NCBI GenBank assembly: GCA_035285125.1
Contig: JAYKHR010000034.1
Span: 1 to 29,020, forward strand
Reading direction: 5' to 3'
DNA from: Candidatus Sericytochromatia bacterium
Lineage (GTDB): Bacteria; Cyanobacteriota; Sericytochromatia; S15B-MN24; JAQBPE01
DNA length: 29,020 nucleotides
In this document: positions 9,017 to 18,337 of the stretch, one piece after another
How positions within the stretch are numbered: position 1 is the first letter of the stretch
How the letters are laid out: every line of letters starts with the position of its first letter
Notes under the pieces: generated by a model
Told to the model about the DNA's origin: nothing
Databases searched by the model: none
The model's input: only the letters and a program-made list of their open reading frames with translations
Position numbers and translations under genes: made by a program

Positions 9017-9940
9017 TCAGCTCGCGGTCCAGACGTCCATCACGAGCTCGGGCGTGACGTAGTCGTACGGCATGTAAAAGTAGCCGTGGTCGCCCCAGGC
9101 CGTGCCGAAGGAGTTGCGCACGATCAGCACGCGGCGCTTCTCGTCGTAGCCGACGGCCGTCACGGCGTGGCCCCCGACCATCACGTCCCCCGGCTGCGGC
9201 AGGGGCAGCATCCCGTCGGAGCCGACATCGCGGAAGTTCTGGAAGAGCCGCATGCCGAAGACCACGGGTTGCTTACGGGCCAGGGCCTTCTTGATGTCCG
9301 GGAGCCCCGCGAGCTGGACGCCGGTCTTCAGCCGCCACGTCGAGGCCTGCCCGTAGGCCGCCTCGGGCGGGCGCTGGGTGAAGAAATCGATGCGGTACGG
9401 CCACGTTGCCTCGGGCGCGATGCCGGCCTGGGCGATCGCCTTCATGGTGTCCGTGATGGTGGCGCCGGAGTCCAGGTTGACGGCGTTTCGCAGGCGCCGG
9501 GTCTCGTAGTACAGGTACAGCGCGGAGAGCTCCGTGAAGCGCTCGGCCCGCTTGCGCTGCAGGCACTCCCGCACCCCCTTGCCGACGGCGAAGGCCGTGC
9601 AAGACCCCAGGTCCCCCTGGTCGTAGATGGGGCTGCACTGCGGGCGCATGTCGACATGCTGCGGCGTGGGCCCCTGTACCGGGGGCAGCTGCACGGGGCG
9701 GGCCATCTGCTGCTGCGCGCGGGCGCGATCCAGGTCGAAGCCGAGCTTCCGTGCCCGGCCCCCCACGCGCAGGGCGGGCATCGAGGCTGCTCGCCACCCG
9801 CTGCGGGCCTCCGGGGTGGCTGCCGCCGGGATCGCCCCCCGGCCGCAGCCGGTGGTCACGACGAGATTCAAGACGGCGAGGACCACAAGGGCCAGGCGCT
9901 TGGACACGGGGCGACGCTTTCGGGCAGCGGAGGGTGACAT
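9017..9940 (-). CDS. Papain-family (C1A) cysteine peptidase, probable lipoprotein
   Basis: VDMRP, DQGDLGSCTAF (Gln/Cys), GGHAV (His), VRNSFG..WGDHGYFYMPY (Asn); lipobox TTGC. Alternative start GTG 9907. Confidence 0.93.
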   Translation of the reverse strand: MSPSAARKRRPVSKRLALVVLAVLNLVVTTGCGRGAIPAAATPEARSGWRAASMPALRVGGRARKLGFDLDRARAQQQMARPVQLPPVQGPTPQHVDMRPQCSPIYDQGDLGSCTAFAVGKGVRECLQRKRAERFTELSALYLYYETRRLRNAVNLDSGATITDTMKAIAQAGIAPEATWPYRIDFFTQRPPEAAYGQASTWRLKTGVQLAGLPDIKKALARKQPVVFGMRLFQNFRDVGSDGMLPLPQPGDVMVGGHAVTAVGYDEKRRVLIVRNSFGTAWGDHGYFYMPYDYVTPELVMDVWTAS

Positions 9941-9944
9941 AAGA

Positions 9945-9963
9945 GGTTAAGGTTTGCTTAACC
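9945..9963. promoter_or_regulatory. Palindromic TTAA-N7-TTAA operator-like site
   Basis: GGTTAAG-gtttg-CTTAACC, perfect 7-bp arms, directly upstream of the C1 peptidase. Confidence 0.55.
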
Positions 9964-10095
9964 ACCGGACAAGAATAGCACCTGTTCCCTGCCGCTACAA
10001 CCGCCCCAGCCCGAAATCTGCAAGGATTTCACGAAGATTTAATATTTCTGCCGAACCTTTAATAAATTTGTCCGCCCCGTGACGGCCGACACCGC

Positions 10096-10497
10096 TCAGC
10101 CGAGGGCCTCGACGAGGGTGCGCGTGAGCGTCCGCTCGCTGGCGTAGTCACCCACTGAGAGCCAGACGACGTGCCCGTGGGGCACCGGGGCCTCGAGCGG
10201 CGGCGGCAGGCGCATGTCGAGGCAGGAGGCCGCACGCTCGGCCGTCTGCAGCAAGAAGGCCTCCAACGCCGGCGGGGCGGTGCCGTATGTGCGGCCGAGC
10301 TGGGACACCGTCAGGGCGCTGAAGGCCAGCACGACGTGGAAGGCTGCCGAGGCGTCGACCTCGCCGGCGGCGTAGCGGCGGTGCATGCGCAGGTCCACGG
10401 CCAGCGCGCCGTCAGGCCGCGTGGCGGCCTCGTAGTCCATCACGTACCGGCGGCCCGGGCCGCTGCGGGGGAGGAACCAGAGATCCTTGGTGGGCAC
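10096..10497 (-). CDS. Hypothetical protein
   Basis: 133-aa ORF with normal composition and codon bias; no family recognised. Confidence 0.6.
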   Translation of the reverse strand: MPTKDLWFLPRSGPGRRYVMDYEAATRPDGALAVDLRMHRRYAAGEVDASAAFHVVLAFSALTVSQLGRTYGTAPPALEAFLLQTAERAASCLDMRLPPPLEAPVPHGHVVWLSVGDYASERTLTRTLVEALG

Positions 10498-10565
10498 GGC
10501 GGGCCTCGCGTCCTGGCCGGGGGGGCAGCAGTCATATACCCCGAGGACGGCTCCTGGGGCCTGGC

Positions 10566-10594
10566 TTGACCCCCCGACCGGGCAGCGCCATCAT
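10566..10594 (+). promoter_or_regulatory. sigma70 promoter (TTGACC-N17-CATCAT), probably leaderless
   Basis: 17-nt spacer; GTG 10601 lies 6 nt after the -10 box and has no SD. Confidence 0.55.
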
Positions 10595-10600
10595 GTCGCC

Positions 10601-11296
10601 GTGTCCGCCTCCGACGTCCCCAGCCTGCTGCAGGCCACCATCCGGACCATCGCCCCCGCGATCCCGGATGCCGACAACGTGGGCCGCACCGGTGATCGGC
10701 GGGACCTCTACTGGCTGATCGATTACATGGCCTACGCCGTCGATCAGGCTTACGCCGGGCATCCGTGTGGCCGGGGCTGCGCGGACTGCTGCCGCAACCA
10801 GCTGTTCCGGGTCTCAGAGCCCGAGTGGGAGCGCCTGCGGGAGGGCCTCGCGGCTGCGCCCTTCGAGGTCCGGGCAGGCATCCTCGCGCGCGCGCAGGAG
10901 GTCTACGGCCCGCGCCGCGAGGTGCTCGAGGCCCTGGCGGCTGCCTGGACCGCCGGCGAGCGGCCGGACCCGGCCTGGCACCAGGCGGCCCCGCGCGTCT
11001 GCCCCGTGCTCGGAGCGGACGGGCGCTGCAGCCTCTACGACGAGCGGCCGGCGATCTGCCGCGCCTTCGGCGCGTTCTCGGCCACGGTGGAGGGGACCTC
11101 CTCCGTGCTGATCTGCCACCAGCATGGGCCGGCCTTCCTCGACGGCCTGGCGCAGGCGGGCACGGTGGACCTCACGCTGCCGAACTGGAACCCGGTTCAG
11201 CGCCGCTTGCAGGCCCTGGCCCCAGGCGGCATGATCAAGCCGCTGCCGCTGTGGCTGCTCGAGTGGCCCGAGGAGGATGCCCCGTGTTCTGCCTGA
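10601..11296 (+). CDS. YkgJ family cysteine-cluster (CxxCxxCC) protein
   Basis: CGRGCADCC, CPVLGADGRCSLYDERPAICR. Start inferred from promoter position; the ORF extends to 10487. Confidence 0.85.
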   Translation: MSASDVPSLLQATIRTIAPAIPDADNVGRTGDRRDLYWLIDYMAYAVDQAYAGHPCGRGCADCCRNQLFRVSEPEWERLREGLAAAPFEVRAGILARAQEVYGPRREVLEALAAAWTAGERPDPAWHQAAPRVCPVLGADGRCSLYDERPAICRAFGAFSATVEGTSSVLICHQHGPAFLDGLAQAGTVDLTLPNWNPVQRRLQALAPGGMIKPLPLWLLEWPEEDAPCSA

Positions 11297-11862
11297 AGTC
11301 CGAGACCGAGGCGCGCTGGCTTGAGGCGGTGCAGGCCGACGTCGACGCGTTGCTCGCGGACCACGCCTGGTGCGAGAAGAAGGCGGCGGCCTCGGCGATG
11401 AGCCTGATCGCGCGGCACCCGGACGACCCGGTGCTGGTGCCGGCCATGCTGGCGCTCGCCCACGAGGAGCTTGAGCACTTCGACCGGCTCTGGCAGCTGC
11501 TGCAGGCGCGGGGCGTGTCGCTCGGCGGCATGGACAAGGACCCCTACGTGGCGGCGCTGATGCCGCTGGTGCGCAAGGGGGACGCCAGCGAGGCCCTGGT
11601 CGATCGGCTGCTCGTCAGCAGCCTCATCGAGGCCCGCAGCGCGGAGCGCTTCTTCCTGCTGGCCGAGCACCTCGCGGACGCCGCGCTGCGGGAGCTGTAC
11701 CGCGAGCTCGCCACGACGGAGGCCCGCCACCACACCACCTTCGTGAACCTCGCGATGCACTACGCGCCGCGGGAGGCCGTGCGGGCCCGGCTGGCCGAGC
11801 TCTCCGAACAAGAGGCCGTCATCGTGGCGCAGATGCCCGTCGCGGCGCGCATGCACGGCTGA
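11284..11862 (+). CDS. miaE: tRNA-(ms2io6A37) hydroxylase MiaE
   Basis: LLADHAWCEKKAA, EELEHF, DRLLVSSLIEARSAERF, EARHH diiron motifs, RMHG C-terminus; GAGGAGG RBS, GTG start overlapping the YkgJ gene end. Confidence 0.92.
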   Translation: MFCLKSETEARWLEAVQADVDALLADHAWCEKKAAASAMSLIARHPDDPVLVPAMLALAHEELEHFDRLWQLLQARGVSLGGMDKDPYVAALMPLVRKGDASEALVDRLLVSSLIEARSAERFFLLAEHLADAALRELYRELATTEARHHTTFVNLAMHYAPREAVRARLAELSEQEAVIVAQMPVAARMHG

Positions 11863-11890
11863 GGCTCCCCGCCGTTGCGGCGAGGGGCCT
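11862..11890. terminator. Imperfect hairpin between convergent miaE and RidA genes
   Basis: AGGCTCC-c-CGCCG ttg CGGCG-a-GGGGCCT. Confidence 0.4.
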
Positions 11891-11902
11891 CAGGGTCGGT
11901 GT

Positions 11903-12370
11903 TCAGGCGTGCAGGCGGAAGGTGAACTCGACCTCGACGGCTGCGCCCAGCGGCAGCTCGGCCACGCCCACGGCGGCGCGTGCGTGGCGGCCGAGGTCGC
12001 CGAACACCTCCACCACGAAGTCGGAGGCCCCGTTCACCACCTTGGGCTGGTCGGTGAAGCCGGCCGTGCTGGCCACGAAGCCACCGACGCGCACGACCTG
12101 GGCCACGCGCGACCAGTCGCCGTCGATCAGGCCGTTGACTGCGGCGAGGGCGTTGATGGCGCACTGCCGGGCCGCGGCATAGCCCGCCTCGATCGTCACG
12201 TCCGCGCCCAGCTTGCCCGTGCACGTGAGGGCGCCGTTGGCGAGCGGCAGCTGGCCCGAGACGACCACGAGGTCGCCGCAGCGCACGGCCGGCAGGTAGT
12301 TGGCGACGGCCTTGGGGGCCTCGGGCAGCGTGATGCCCAGCGAGGTCAGCTTTTCGAGCACGGGTGACAT
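11903..12370 (-). CDS. RidA/YjgF/YER057c/UK114 family protein
   Basis: VANYLP, SGQLP, GFTDQPKVVNGASD, GRHARAAVGVAELPLGAAVEVE; AGGAGG RBS; TATAAT -10 at 12405-12410 on the minus strand. Confidence 0.93.
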   Translation of the reverse strand: MSPVLEKLTSLGITLPEAPKAVANYLPAVRCGDLVVVSGQLPLANGALTCTGKLGADVTIEAGYAAARQCAINALAAVNGLIDGDWSRVAQVVRVGGFVASTAGFTDQPKVVNGASDFVVEVFGDLGRHARAAVGVAELPLGAAVEVEFTFRLHA

Positions 12371-12500
12371 GGGGAATCCTCCTGCAGGTCGGTCGAACCC
12401 GGCCATTATAGCGGGTCCCCCCTTGCCCCGCGCCTGCCGGCCCGGGGGGCCGCGTCATGGTATAACTTGAACGCATCGCCAAGCCCCCGGGGAACGACCC

Positions 12501-13394
12501 ATGGCCGCCTTCCGCTTCCTTGCCGCCGCTGCCCTCCTGGCCGTCCTGCTCACGCCGCCGCCGGCCGGCGCGGCCCCCGCGCGGAAGCCCACGCCGGCGC
12601 CCTCGGCCTCGGTGGCGGGGGCTCTGACGGAGCTCGTCGAGGAGCTCGAGCCCGGCGTGCGCATCAACTGGACCACGGGGCGCCTGACGGCCAGCGGGGT
12701 GGGGGCGCCGACGGATCGCGGCCCCGCCGTCTACCGGCGCCAGCTCGCCCGGCGGGCGGCCCTGGCCGATGCCTACAGGCGGCTCGCGGCCGCCCTCGAG
12801 CTGCTACGCGTCGACGCCAACCTCCGCGTGAAGGACCTCGCCGTCACGGATGACGCCCTGCGGGCCCGCCTCAACGACTTCGTGAAGGCGGGCCGCCTGC
12901 TCGAGACCAACCACTGGCCCGACGGCTCGACGGAGCTCGTGCTCGGCGTCGACTTGACGGGCGATCGCAGCCTGATGGGGCTCGTGCTGCCCGGCGCCTC
13001 GCCGGCCCCCGAGGCCAGCCCCTCCCCGAGCGCCGCGCCCGCCGCCAGCGCCCGGCCGGCCAAGGAGGTCGTCACGGAACCTGTGAGCATTCGCAGCCAG
13101 CTCACGGGGGTGGTGCTCGACGCCCGCGGGCTCGGCGCCCAGCCTGCGCTGCTGCCCAAGGTCCGTGACAAGGACGGCAAGGCCATCGAGCTCGGCCTGC
13201 TGCCCCGCTACATCCGCGACGGCGCCGACCTCGACGACGGCGCGGGCCTGAACCCGCTCTCGCTCAAGGCCCAGCGCGTGCAGGGTCCCCTGCGGGCGGA
13301 CCTCGTGCTCGGCGGCGAGGCCAGTGACCGGCTCAAGGTCGCGCTGCGGGACGGCCGGATGGCCCCGGGCGCGCGCCTCGTCGTCGTGCTGTAG
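12501..13394 (+). CDS. Secreted protein, LPP20-like domain
   Basis: Signal peptide; INWTTGRLTASGVGAP..LARRAALADAYRRLA..RVDA; TGVVLDARGLG..PAL.P; TATAAC at 12461-12466. Confidence 0.7.
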   Translation: MAAFRFLAAAALLAVLLTPPPAGAAPARKPTPAPSASVAGALTELVEELEPGVRINWTTGRLTASGVGAPTDRGPAVYRRQLARRAALADAYRRLAAALELLRVDANLRVKDLAVTDDALRARLNDFVKAGRLLETNHWPDGSTELVLGVDLTGDRSLMGLVLPGASPAPEASPSPSAAPAASARPAKEVVTEPVSIRSQLTGVVLDARGLGAQPALLPKVRDKDGKAIELGLLPRYIRDGADLDDGAGLNPLSLKAQRVQGPLRADLVLGGEASDRLKVALRDGRMAPGARLVVVL

Positions 13395-13403
13395 GAGGTC
13401 CGG

Positions 13404-14870
13404 ATGCCAGTCCTGGCGGTGCTGCCGCTCGACGACCGGCCTGTCACCTACGACCTGCCCGCCCGCGTCGGGGCCATTGCCCGGGCCGAGGTGAGCCTGC
13501 CGCCGCGCGAGCTGCTCGGCAACCTCACGCGCCCCGCTGACCGGGAGGCCCTCGGCCGCTGGCTGCTGGAGGTCGGGCCGGAGGTTGACGCGCTGGTGGT
13601 CGCGCTCGACACCCTCGCCTACGGGGGGCTGATTCCCTCCCGGCGGTCGCCGGACGAGCTGGCCACGATCGTGGAGGCCCTCTCCCCGTTGCGGCAGCTC
13701 AAGGAGGCGCACCCGCGGCTGCCGCTCCACGCCTTCTCCGTGACCATGCGGCTGTCGGACTCCGACGTGAACGAGGAGGAGAAGGCCTACTGGGACCGCC
13801 ACGGCAAGGCCATCTACCGCTGGAGCTTCCACCAGCACCGCTTCAAGGCCCACAACGACCCGCAAGACCAGGCGATCGCCCGCGAGGCGCGGGCCACCAT
13901 CCCGGACGACGTGCTCGAGGACTACCTCGCCACGCGCGAGCGCAACTTCAGCCTGAACCAGACCATGGTCAAGTGGGCCGGGGCGGGGTTCTTCGACACC
14001 CTGCTGCTCACGCAGGACGACACCTCCAGCTTCGGGCTCAACGTCGAGGAGCAGCAGCACCTCCTGCAGATGGTCAACACCACCTTGATCCAGGACCGGG
14101 TGCTGATCTACCCCGGGGCCGACGAGGTGGCGGCCGTGCTGGTGGCGCGCGCCCTGAACCGGCTGGCCGGTCGCACGCCCGCCTTCGCCGTCTCGTGGCA
14201 CCCGCTCGACGGCAAGCGCATCCAGGCCATGTACGAGGACCGGCCGCTGTGGCAGACGCTGCGGGGCCAGATCCGGGCCGCCGGCGGCAAGGAGGTCGGG
14301 GATCCGGCCGCGGCGGACCTTGAGATCGTTGTCAACGCGCCGGCCTCCGGGCAGGGAGACCTGGCCCTCGGGCTGCACCTCGAGGCCCCCGACACGCCCT
14401 CGCGCAACCTGGAGCCCGTGATCATGGCCCTCGAGGAGGCCCCCCGGCGGCCGGTCGCCTTTGCGGACGTGGCCTACGCCAACGGCGCTGACCCTCGGCT
14501 GTGGCCCCTCCTCGTCGGCCGCGTCGATCCCTGGGCGCTGCGGGCCTTCGCCGGCTGGAACACCGCGGGCAACACCTTTGGCACCGTCGTGGCAGCGGCC
14601 TCCGCGGGGCTGCTGCCCGGGGCCGACGAGGCTGCCCGGGCCCCGTTCATCACGGAACGCGTGGCCGACGACTGGCTCTACCAGGGGGTGTTGCGCGCCG
14701 AGTTGCGGGCGTCTCAGGCGGCTGGGGCCTCGCTGCCGGCACTCGAGGCCGAGCTGGGCAAGGGGCTGGCGGCGGCGTGGGCTGCGCGGTTTCCGGCTCG
14801 CCCGACGGGCTTCGACACGGGGCTGCCCTGGCAGCGCCTCTTCGAGGCACGCACCGCGCCGCAAGCCTGA
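13404..14870 (+). CDS. DUF4127 family protein
   Basis: LPLDDRP, DTLAYGGLIPSR, TQDD, YPGADE, ADVAYANGAD, AGWNTAGNTFG, DDWLYQ, PWQRLFE; AGGAGG RBS 9 nt after the previous stop. Confidence 0.9.
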   Translation: MPVLAVLPLDDRPVTYDLPARVGAIARAEVSLPPRELLGNLTRPADREALGRWLLEVGPEVDALVVALDTLAYGGLIPSRRSPDELATIVEALSPLRQLKEAHPRLPLHAFSVTMRLSDSDVNEEEKAYWDRHGKAIYRWSFHQHRFKAHNDPQDQAIAREARATIPDDVLEDYLATRERNFSLNQTMVKWAGAGFFDTLLLTQDDTSSFGLNVEEQQHLLQMVNTTLIQDRVLIYPGADEVAAVLVARALNRLAGRTPAFAVSWHPLDGKRIQAMYEDRPLWQTLRGQIRAAGGKEVGDPAAADLEIVVNAPASGQGDLALGLHLEAPDTPSRNLEPVIMALEEAPRRPVAFADVAYANGADPRLWPLLVGRVDPWALRAFAGWNTAGNTFGTVVAAASAGLLPGADEAARAPFITERVADDWLYQGVLRAELRASQAAGASLPALEAELGKGLAAAWAARFPARPTGFDTGLPWQRLFEARTAPQA

Positions 14871-14889
14871 TCAGGGCGGGGCCTGCGGC

Positions 14890-14917
14890 TCAAGCGGGCT
14901 GGCTCCGCGGCCGATGG
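14890..14917 (+). promoter_or_regulatory. Possible sigma28 (FliA/SigD)-type promoter
   Basis: TCAA-N16-GCCGATGG versus consensus TAAA-N15/16-GCCGATAA, 41 nt before ATG 14959. Confidence 0.4.
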
Positions 14918-14958
14918 CTTCATGGGGCCGGCCCGTCTCCCGGCCCTGTCCACCCCGC

Positions 14959-15405
14959 ATGCCCCGCCTCCCCCTTCCTGCCTGCCTGGCCCTCTCGGGC
15001 CTGATGGCCGCCTGCACCCCGCCTGCGCCCCCGGCGGCGTCGCCCCTTGCGTTCCAGCGCTTCGTGCTCGGGCAGGTCGGGGAGGTCGTGCCCGAGCCAG
15101 GGCCCGTGCTCGCCTCGCCCGCACCGGCTCGCGAGACCCCTCGCGTCGCCAGGCCGCGAGCGGCGTCGTGGTCCCCGGTGCCCGCCCCCTCGCCGACGCC
15201 GGCTCCTTCCGGCGGTGGTGGCTCCGGCGGCGGGGGCTCTGGCGGCGGGGGCTCTGGCGGCGGGGGCGTCTCCGCCAAGCCGACGCCGACGCCAACACCG
15301 ACGCCGACGGAGCCGCCGGTGTCGCTCGGCCTGACGGTGGAGGCCGGCGGCTTCGAGGACCCGGCTGCCAGCGAGGCCGCCGTGGTGGAGGAGCCCACGC
15401 CATGA
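14959..15405 (+). CDS. Small low-complexity lipoprotein (Gly-Ser and Pro-Thr linkers)
   Basis: Lipobox-like MAAC; (GGGGS)3GGGG and (PT)n; its stop overlaps the next ATG (ATGA). Confidence 0.65.
   Translation: MPRLPLPACLALSGLMAACTPPAPPAASPLAFQRFVLGQVGEVVPEPGPVLASPAPARETPRVARPRAASWSPVPAPSPTPAPSGGGGSGGGGSGGGGSGGGGVSAKPTPTPTPTPTEPPVSLGLTVEAGGFEDPAASEAAVVEEPTP
15211..15270 (+). repeat. 15-bp tandem repeat x4 encoding GGGGS
   Basis: ggcggtggtggctcc ggcggcgggggctct ggcggcgggggctct ggcggcgggggcgtc. Confidence 0.85.
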
Positions 15406-17123
15406 CGGGCCTGCGGCGGTCGCTGCTGTCTCTTGCCCTGGCCGCCGCGCTGGCGGCCTGCCACGCACCGGTGCCCCAGGCGGGCCTGGTGCTCGGGGCC
15501 TGGCAGCCCGCTGGGACGCGCGTCGTCGTGGCGGTCGCCCCCGCGCGCCACCTGCTCGCCACGGCGCGCGCCTGGCGGCCCACCGACGTCTACAGCCACG
15601 TCGTGACGCTTGCGCCCGTGCCCCCCCCGGCTCTTGGCGACGCGGATCCCACGGCCTCCGGGGCCCTGGCTGAAGAAGCGGCCTCGGCTGCCCTGGCCGA
15701 CCTTGCGGCCTCGGGGGCCACGCCGCCCGCCACGCGCACGATCGAGCTGGTCCAGCGGCCCGGCGCGGTGCGCGAGGCCATCTTCGACGACGTCCCCCCC
15801 GGCTGGCGCTACGAGGTGATGGTGCAGGCGATGGGCAACGTGGGGGGCACGGCTCCGGCGCGCTGCCTCAACGCCCGCGTGCCATCGCGGGGCTGGCTCG
15901 ATCTGACGCGGCCGGGCGAGGCCTCCCGCCGGCTCGACCTCGCCGTCCGGCTCGATCCCGAGGTCTTCAGCGGCACGCTGCACCTGCCTTCGACGGCTGG
16001 TGACGCGGTGCCCGCCTGGACCACCCAGCTGGAGGCCACGCTGCACCCGGCCGGGGCAGCGGACGTGGTCGCCAGCGCAGCCTGGCGGCCCGGGCAGCGC
16101 GCCCGCTTCGAGGGGCTGCGGGGTGATGCCCCCTACGACCTCGCCGTGACCTACCACAGCCCGACGGGCCACCGGACGACGCGGGTGCCTGGCCTGCGGT
16201 TCGCCCTGTCAGAGGATCCCGAGACGGTGCTGACCCCGGCTGTCACCCCGCCCGCCCCCCCCACGGGCACCCGGCTCGCCCACCAGGGCTTCGGCACCTC
16301 GGGGGGCTTCATGGCAGCTGTCGACCCCACTGGCCGGATCTGGATCACCCACCAGACCGTCGGCCGCGTCAGCGTGCGGACGGCCAAGCTCGCCTTCGAC
16401 CTGCCCGAGATCGGCGTCGGTGTCGAGCCGCGCGGCATCGCCATCGACCCGACCAGCGGCACGGCGTGGGTGGCGAACTTCCGCGGCAACTCTGTCAGCC
16501 GGATCACGACCAACGGCGTCGTCACGGGCACCTTCAGCGCGGGCTGGTTCCCCTCGGGCATCGGCGTCGATCCCCAGCACCGGGTCTGGGTGGCGAGCGC
16601 CCTGCTCGGCAGCGTGCGCGTGCTGGGGCCCGACGGCGTGCAGGTCGCGGGCTCTCCGTTCTACTCGGGCTCCCAGCCTGGGGCGCTCGCCATCGACCGC
16701 GACACGGGCGCCGTCTGGGTGGCCAACATGGGTGAGGACACCCTCACCCGCTTCCTGCCCTCCGGCGAGGTGGCGGGGGTCTACGGCGCCGGCTTCACGC
16801 CGGGCGCGATCGCCATCGCCCCCGACCACAGCGTCTGGGTCGTCGACGGCGGTGGCAACCGGATCTGGCGGTTCTCGCCCGAGGGCGCCGTGGTCGGCGA
16901 GCCCTTCCCCGTCGGGCCAGGGCCCTCGGGCCTGGCCATCAACCCGGTGACGGGCGAGGCCTGGGTGGGCGTCATGCATGGCGAGCAGGTGAGCCGGCTC
17001 GCCGCCGACGGGACGGTGCTCGGGACCTATGCCGTGGGCCACTTCCCCGGCACCGTCGCCTTGGAGGCAGACGGGACGGCCGTGGTGGTGGGAGGCAGCG
17101 CCGCGAGCCGGCTCGCCCCTTGA
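15402..17123 (+). CDS. Lipoprotein with C-terminal seven-bladed NHL/Vgb/YVTN-type beta-propeller
   Basis: Lipobox LAAC; seven repeats such as PRGIAIDPTSGTAWVAN, PSGIGVDPQHRVWVAS, PGALAIDRDTGAVWVAN; GGAGG RBS. Confidence 0.85.
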   Translation: MTGLRRSLLSLALAAALAACHAPVPQAGLVLGAWQPAGTRVVVAVAPARHLLATARAWRPTDVYSHVVTLAPVPPPALGDADPTASGALAEEAASAALADLAASGATPPATRTIELVQRPGAVREAIFDDVPPGWRYEVMVQAMGNVGGTAPARCLNARVPSRGWLDLTRPGEASRRLDLAVRLDPEVFSGTLHLPSTAGDAVPAWTTQLEATLHPAGAADVVASAAWRPGQRARFEGLRGDAPYDLAVTYHSPTGHRTTRVPGLRFALSEDPETVLTPAVTPPAPPTGTRLAHQGFGTSGGFMAAVDPTGRIWITHQTVGRVSVRTAKLAFDLPEIGVGVEPRGIAIDPTSGTAWVANFRGNSVSRITTNGVVTGTFSAGWFPSGIGVDPQHRVWVASALLGSVRVLGPDGVQVAGSPFYSGSQPGALAIDRDTGAVWVANMGEDTLTRFLPSGEVAGVYGAGFTPGAIAIAPDHSVWVVDGGGNRIWRFSPEGAVVGEPFPVGPGPSGLAINPVTGEAWVGVMHGEQVSRLAADGTVLGTYAVGHFPGTVALEADGTAVVVGGSAASRLAP

Positions 17124-17163
17124 TGTGGGCCGCCCGGGGCTCGGCCCGGCGGCGAGGTGCCCC

Positions 17164-18183
17164 TCAGCGGCGGTGGGCCTTGAAGAACGCCCACATCATC
17201 GCGCTGGCGTCCGGGCCCAGGGGGTCGGTGTAGGTGCCCCTCGCGTCGCCGCCCGACCAGGCGTGGCCCATGCCCGCGACGGCCACGCGCTCCACGACGA
17301 CGTGCCCGGCGGCGTCGTGGAACCAGGTCCGCGTGAAGCGGTGCCCCCCGTCCACGCGCCCGGCCTCGGTGCCGTCGGGGCGCGTGTCCACGTCGCCGTT
17401 GCGCAGTCCGTCGGACGCCCAGTCGTTCATCACGAGGGCCTGGGTCGTGACCTGCTCGCCGTTCACGGGGGCCACCACCTCGTCCGCGTCGCCCTGGAAG
17501 ACGAGGGTGGGCACCACCCGGCGGCGCGTGCCCATCGCGAGGTAGGCCAGGCCGCCCGTGATCTCTGGCGGGGGCCCGCCGACCTTCATGGCGAGCTTGG
17601 CCGCAGCGACCGTCGTCGCCACGCCGAACGCCAGGCCCGAGTGCACCCCCACCGAGGCGAACACGTCGGGGTACAGGGCCGCGAGCACGGCCGTGTAGGC
17701 CCCACCCGCGCTGAGGCCTGCCGCGTGGATGGCGTTGGCGTCCACGTCGTGGCTGCGCCGGACCTTCTCGACCATGCCGACGATGTCGTGGGCCGCCCCG
17801 AGGCCGCGCACCTGGTGCAGCGGCTCGTAGAAGGGCCAGCAGGCCTTGACCTGGTCCTCGCGGGTTTGCTGGGGGTACAGCACGTAGAACCGCTCCCGGG
17901 CGGCGATCGCGTTCATGCGCGTGCCGGTGGCGAAGTCGGCCGGGTCCTGCGTGCAGCCGTGGAGCATCACCACCAGCGGCCGGGGGCCCCTCAGGCCCGC
18001 GGGCACGAAGAGGTGGTAGGCGCGGCCCCCGTGAGAGCCCGTGAGCGTCGTCCCCCGCTTGGTCTGGGCCGCCGCGCGCGTCGCGGGCCCGGTCCCCGGG
18101 GCCACGTCAGGCGTGGGCGTGGCCGCCCGGCCACAGCCGGCGAGCAGCGCGAGGACCAGGGGCAGGATCGGCGCGAGTCGCAA
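17164..18183 (-). CDS. PHB depolymerase family (LpqC-like) esterase lipoprotein
   Basis: LVVMLHGCTQ, GLSAGG nucleophile, QGDAD, GHAWSGG, GPDAS..MW.FF; lipobox LAGC. TTG 18183 follows GGAGG (ATG 18210 is an alternative start). Confidence 0.92.
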   Translation of the reverse strand: MRLAPILPLVLALLAGCGRAATPTPDVAPGTGPATRAAAQTKRGTTLTGSHGGRAYHLFVPAGLRGPRPLVVMLHGCTQDPADFATGTRMNAIAARERFYVLYPQQTREDQVKACWPFYEPLHQVRGLGAAHDIVGMVEKVRRSHDVDANAIHAAGLSAGGAYTAVLAALYPDVFASVGVHSGLAFGVATTVAAAKLAMKVGGPPPEITGGLAYLAMGTRRRVVPTLVFQGDADEVVAPVNGEQVTTQALVMNDWASDGLRNGDVDTRPDGTEAGRVDGGHRFTRTWFHDAAGHVVVERVAVAGMGHAWSGGDARGTYTDPLGPDASAMMWAFFKAHRR

Positions 18184-18337
18184 CGGGGAACCTCCACTGC
18201 CCTGGTTCATCGGCAAGCCCGGCAGGCATCGGGTTAATTTTATAATATTGATGAATAAATAAAAGATTAAGCTGTCGAGGTTGTAACGGATTTGAAACGG
18301 CCCCTGGCAGGTCCCGGGGCCGCCCGTCTCAGGTCAC

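Noticed and set aside
9105..9120. NSFG instead of NSWG in the C1 peptidase
   Set aside because: A conservative aromatic substitution; the catalytic Gln, Cys, His and Asn are all intact.
15211..15270. (GGGGS)3 as a sign of synthetic construct contamination
   Set aside because: It is embedded in a native-looking lipoprotein with genome-typical codons, and there are no tags or vector elements nearby.
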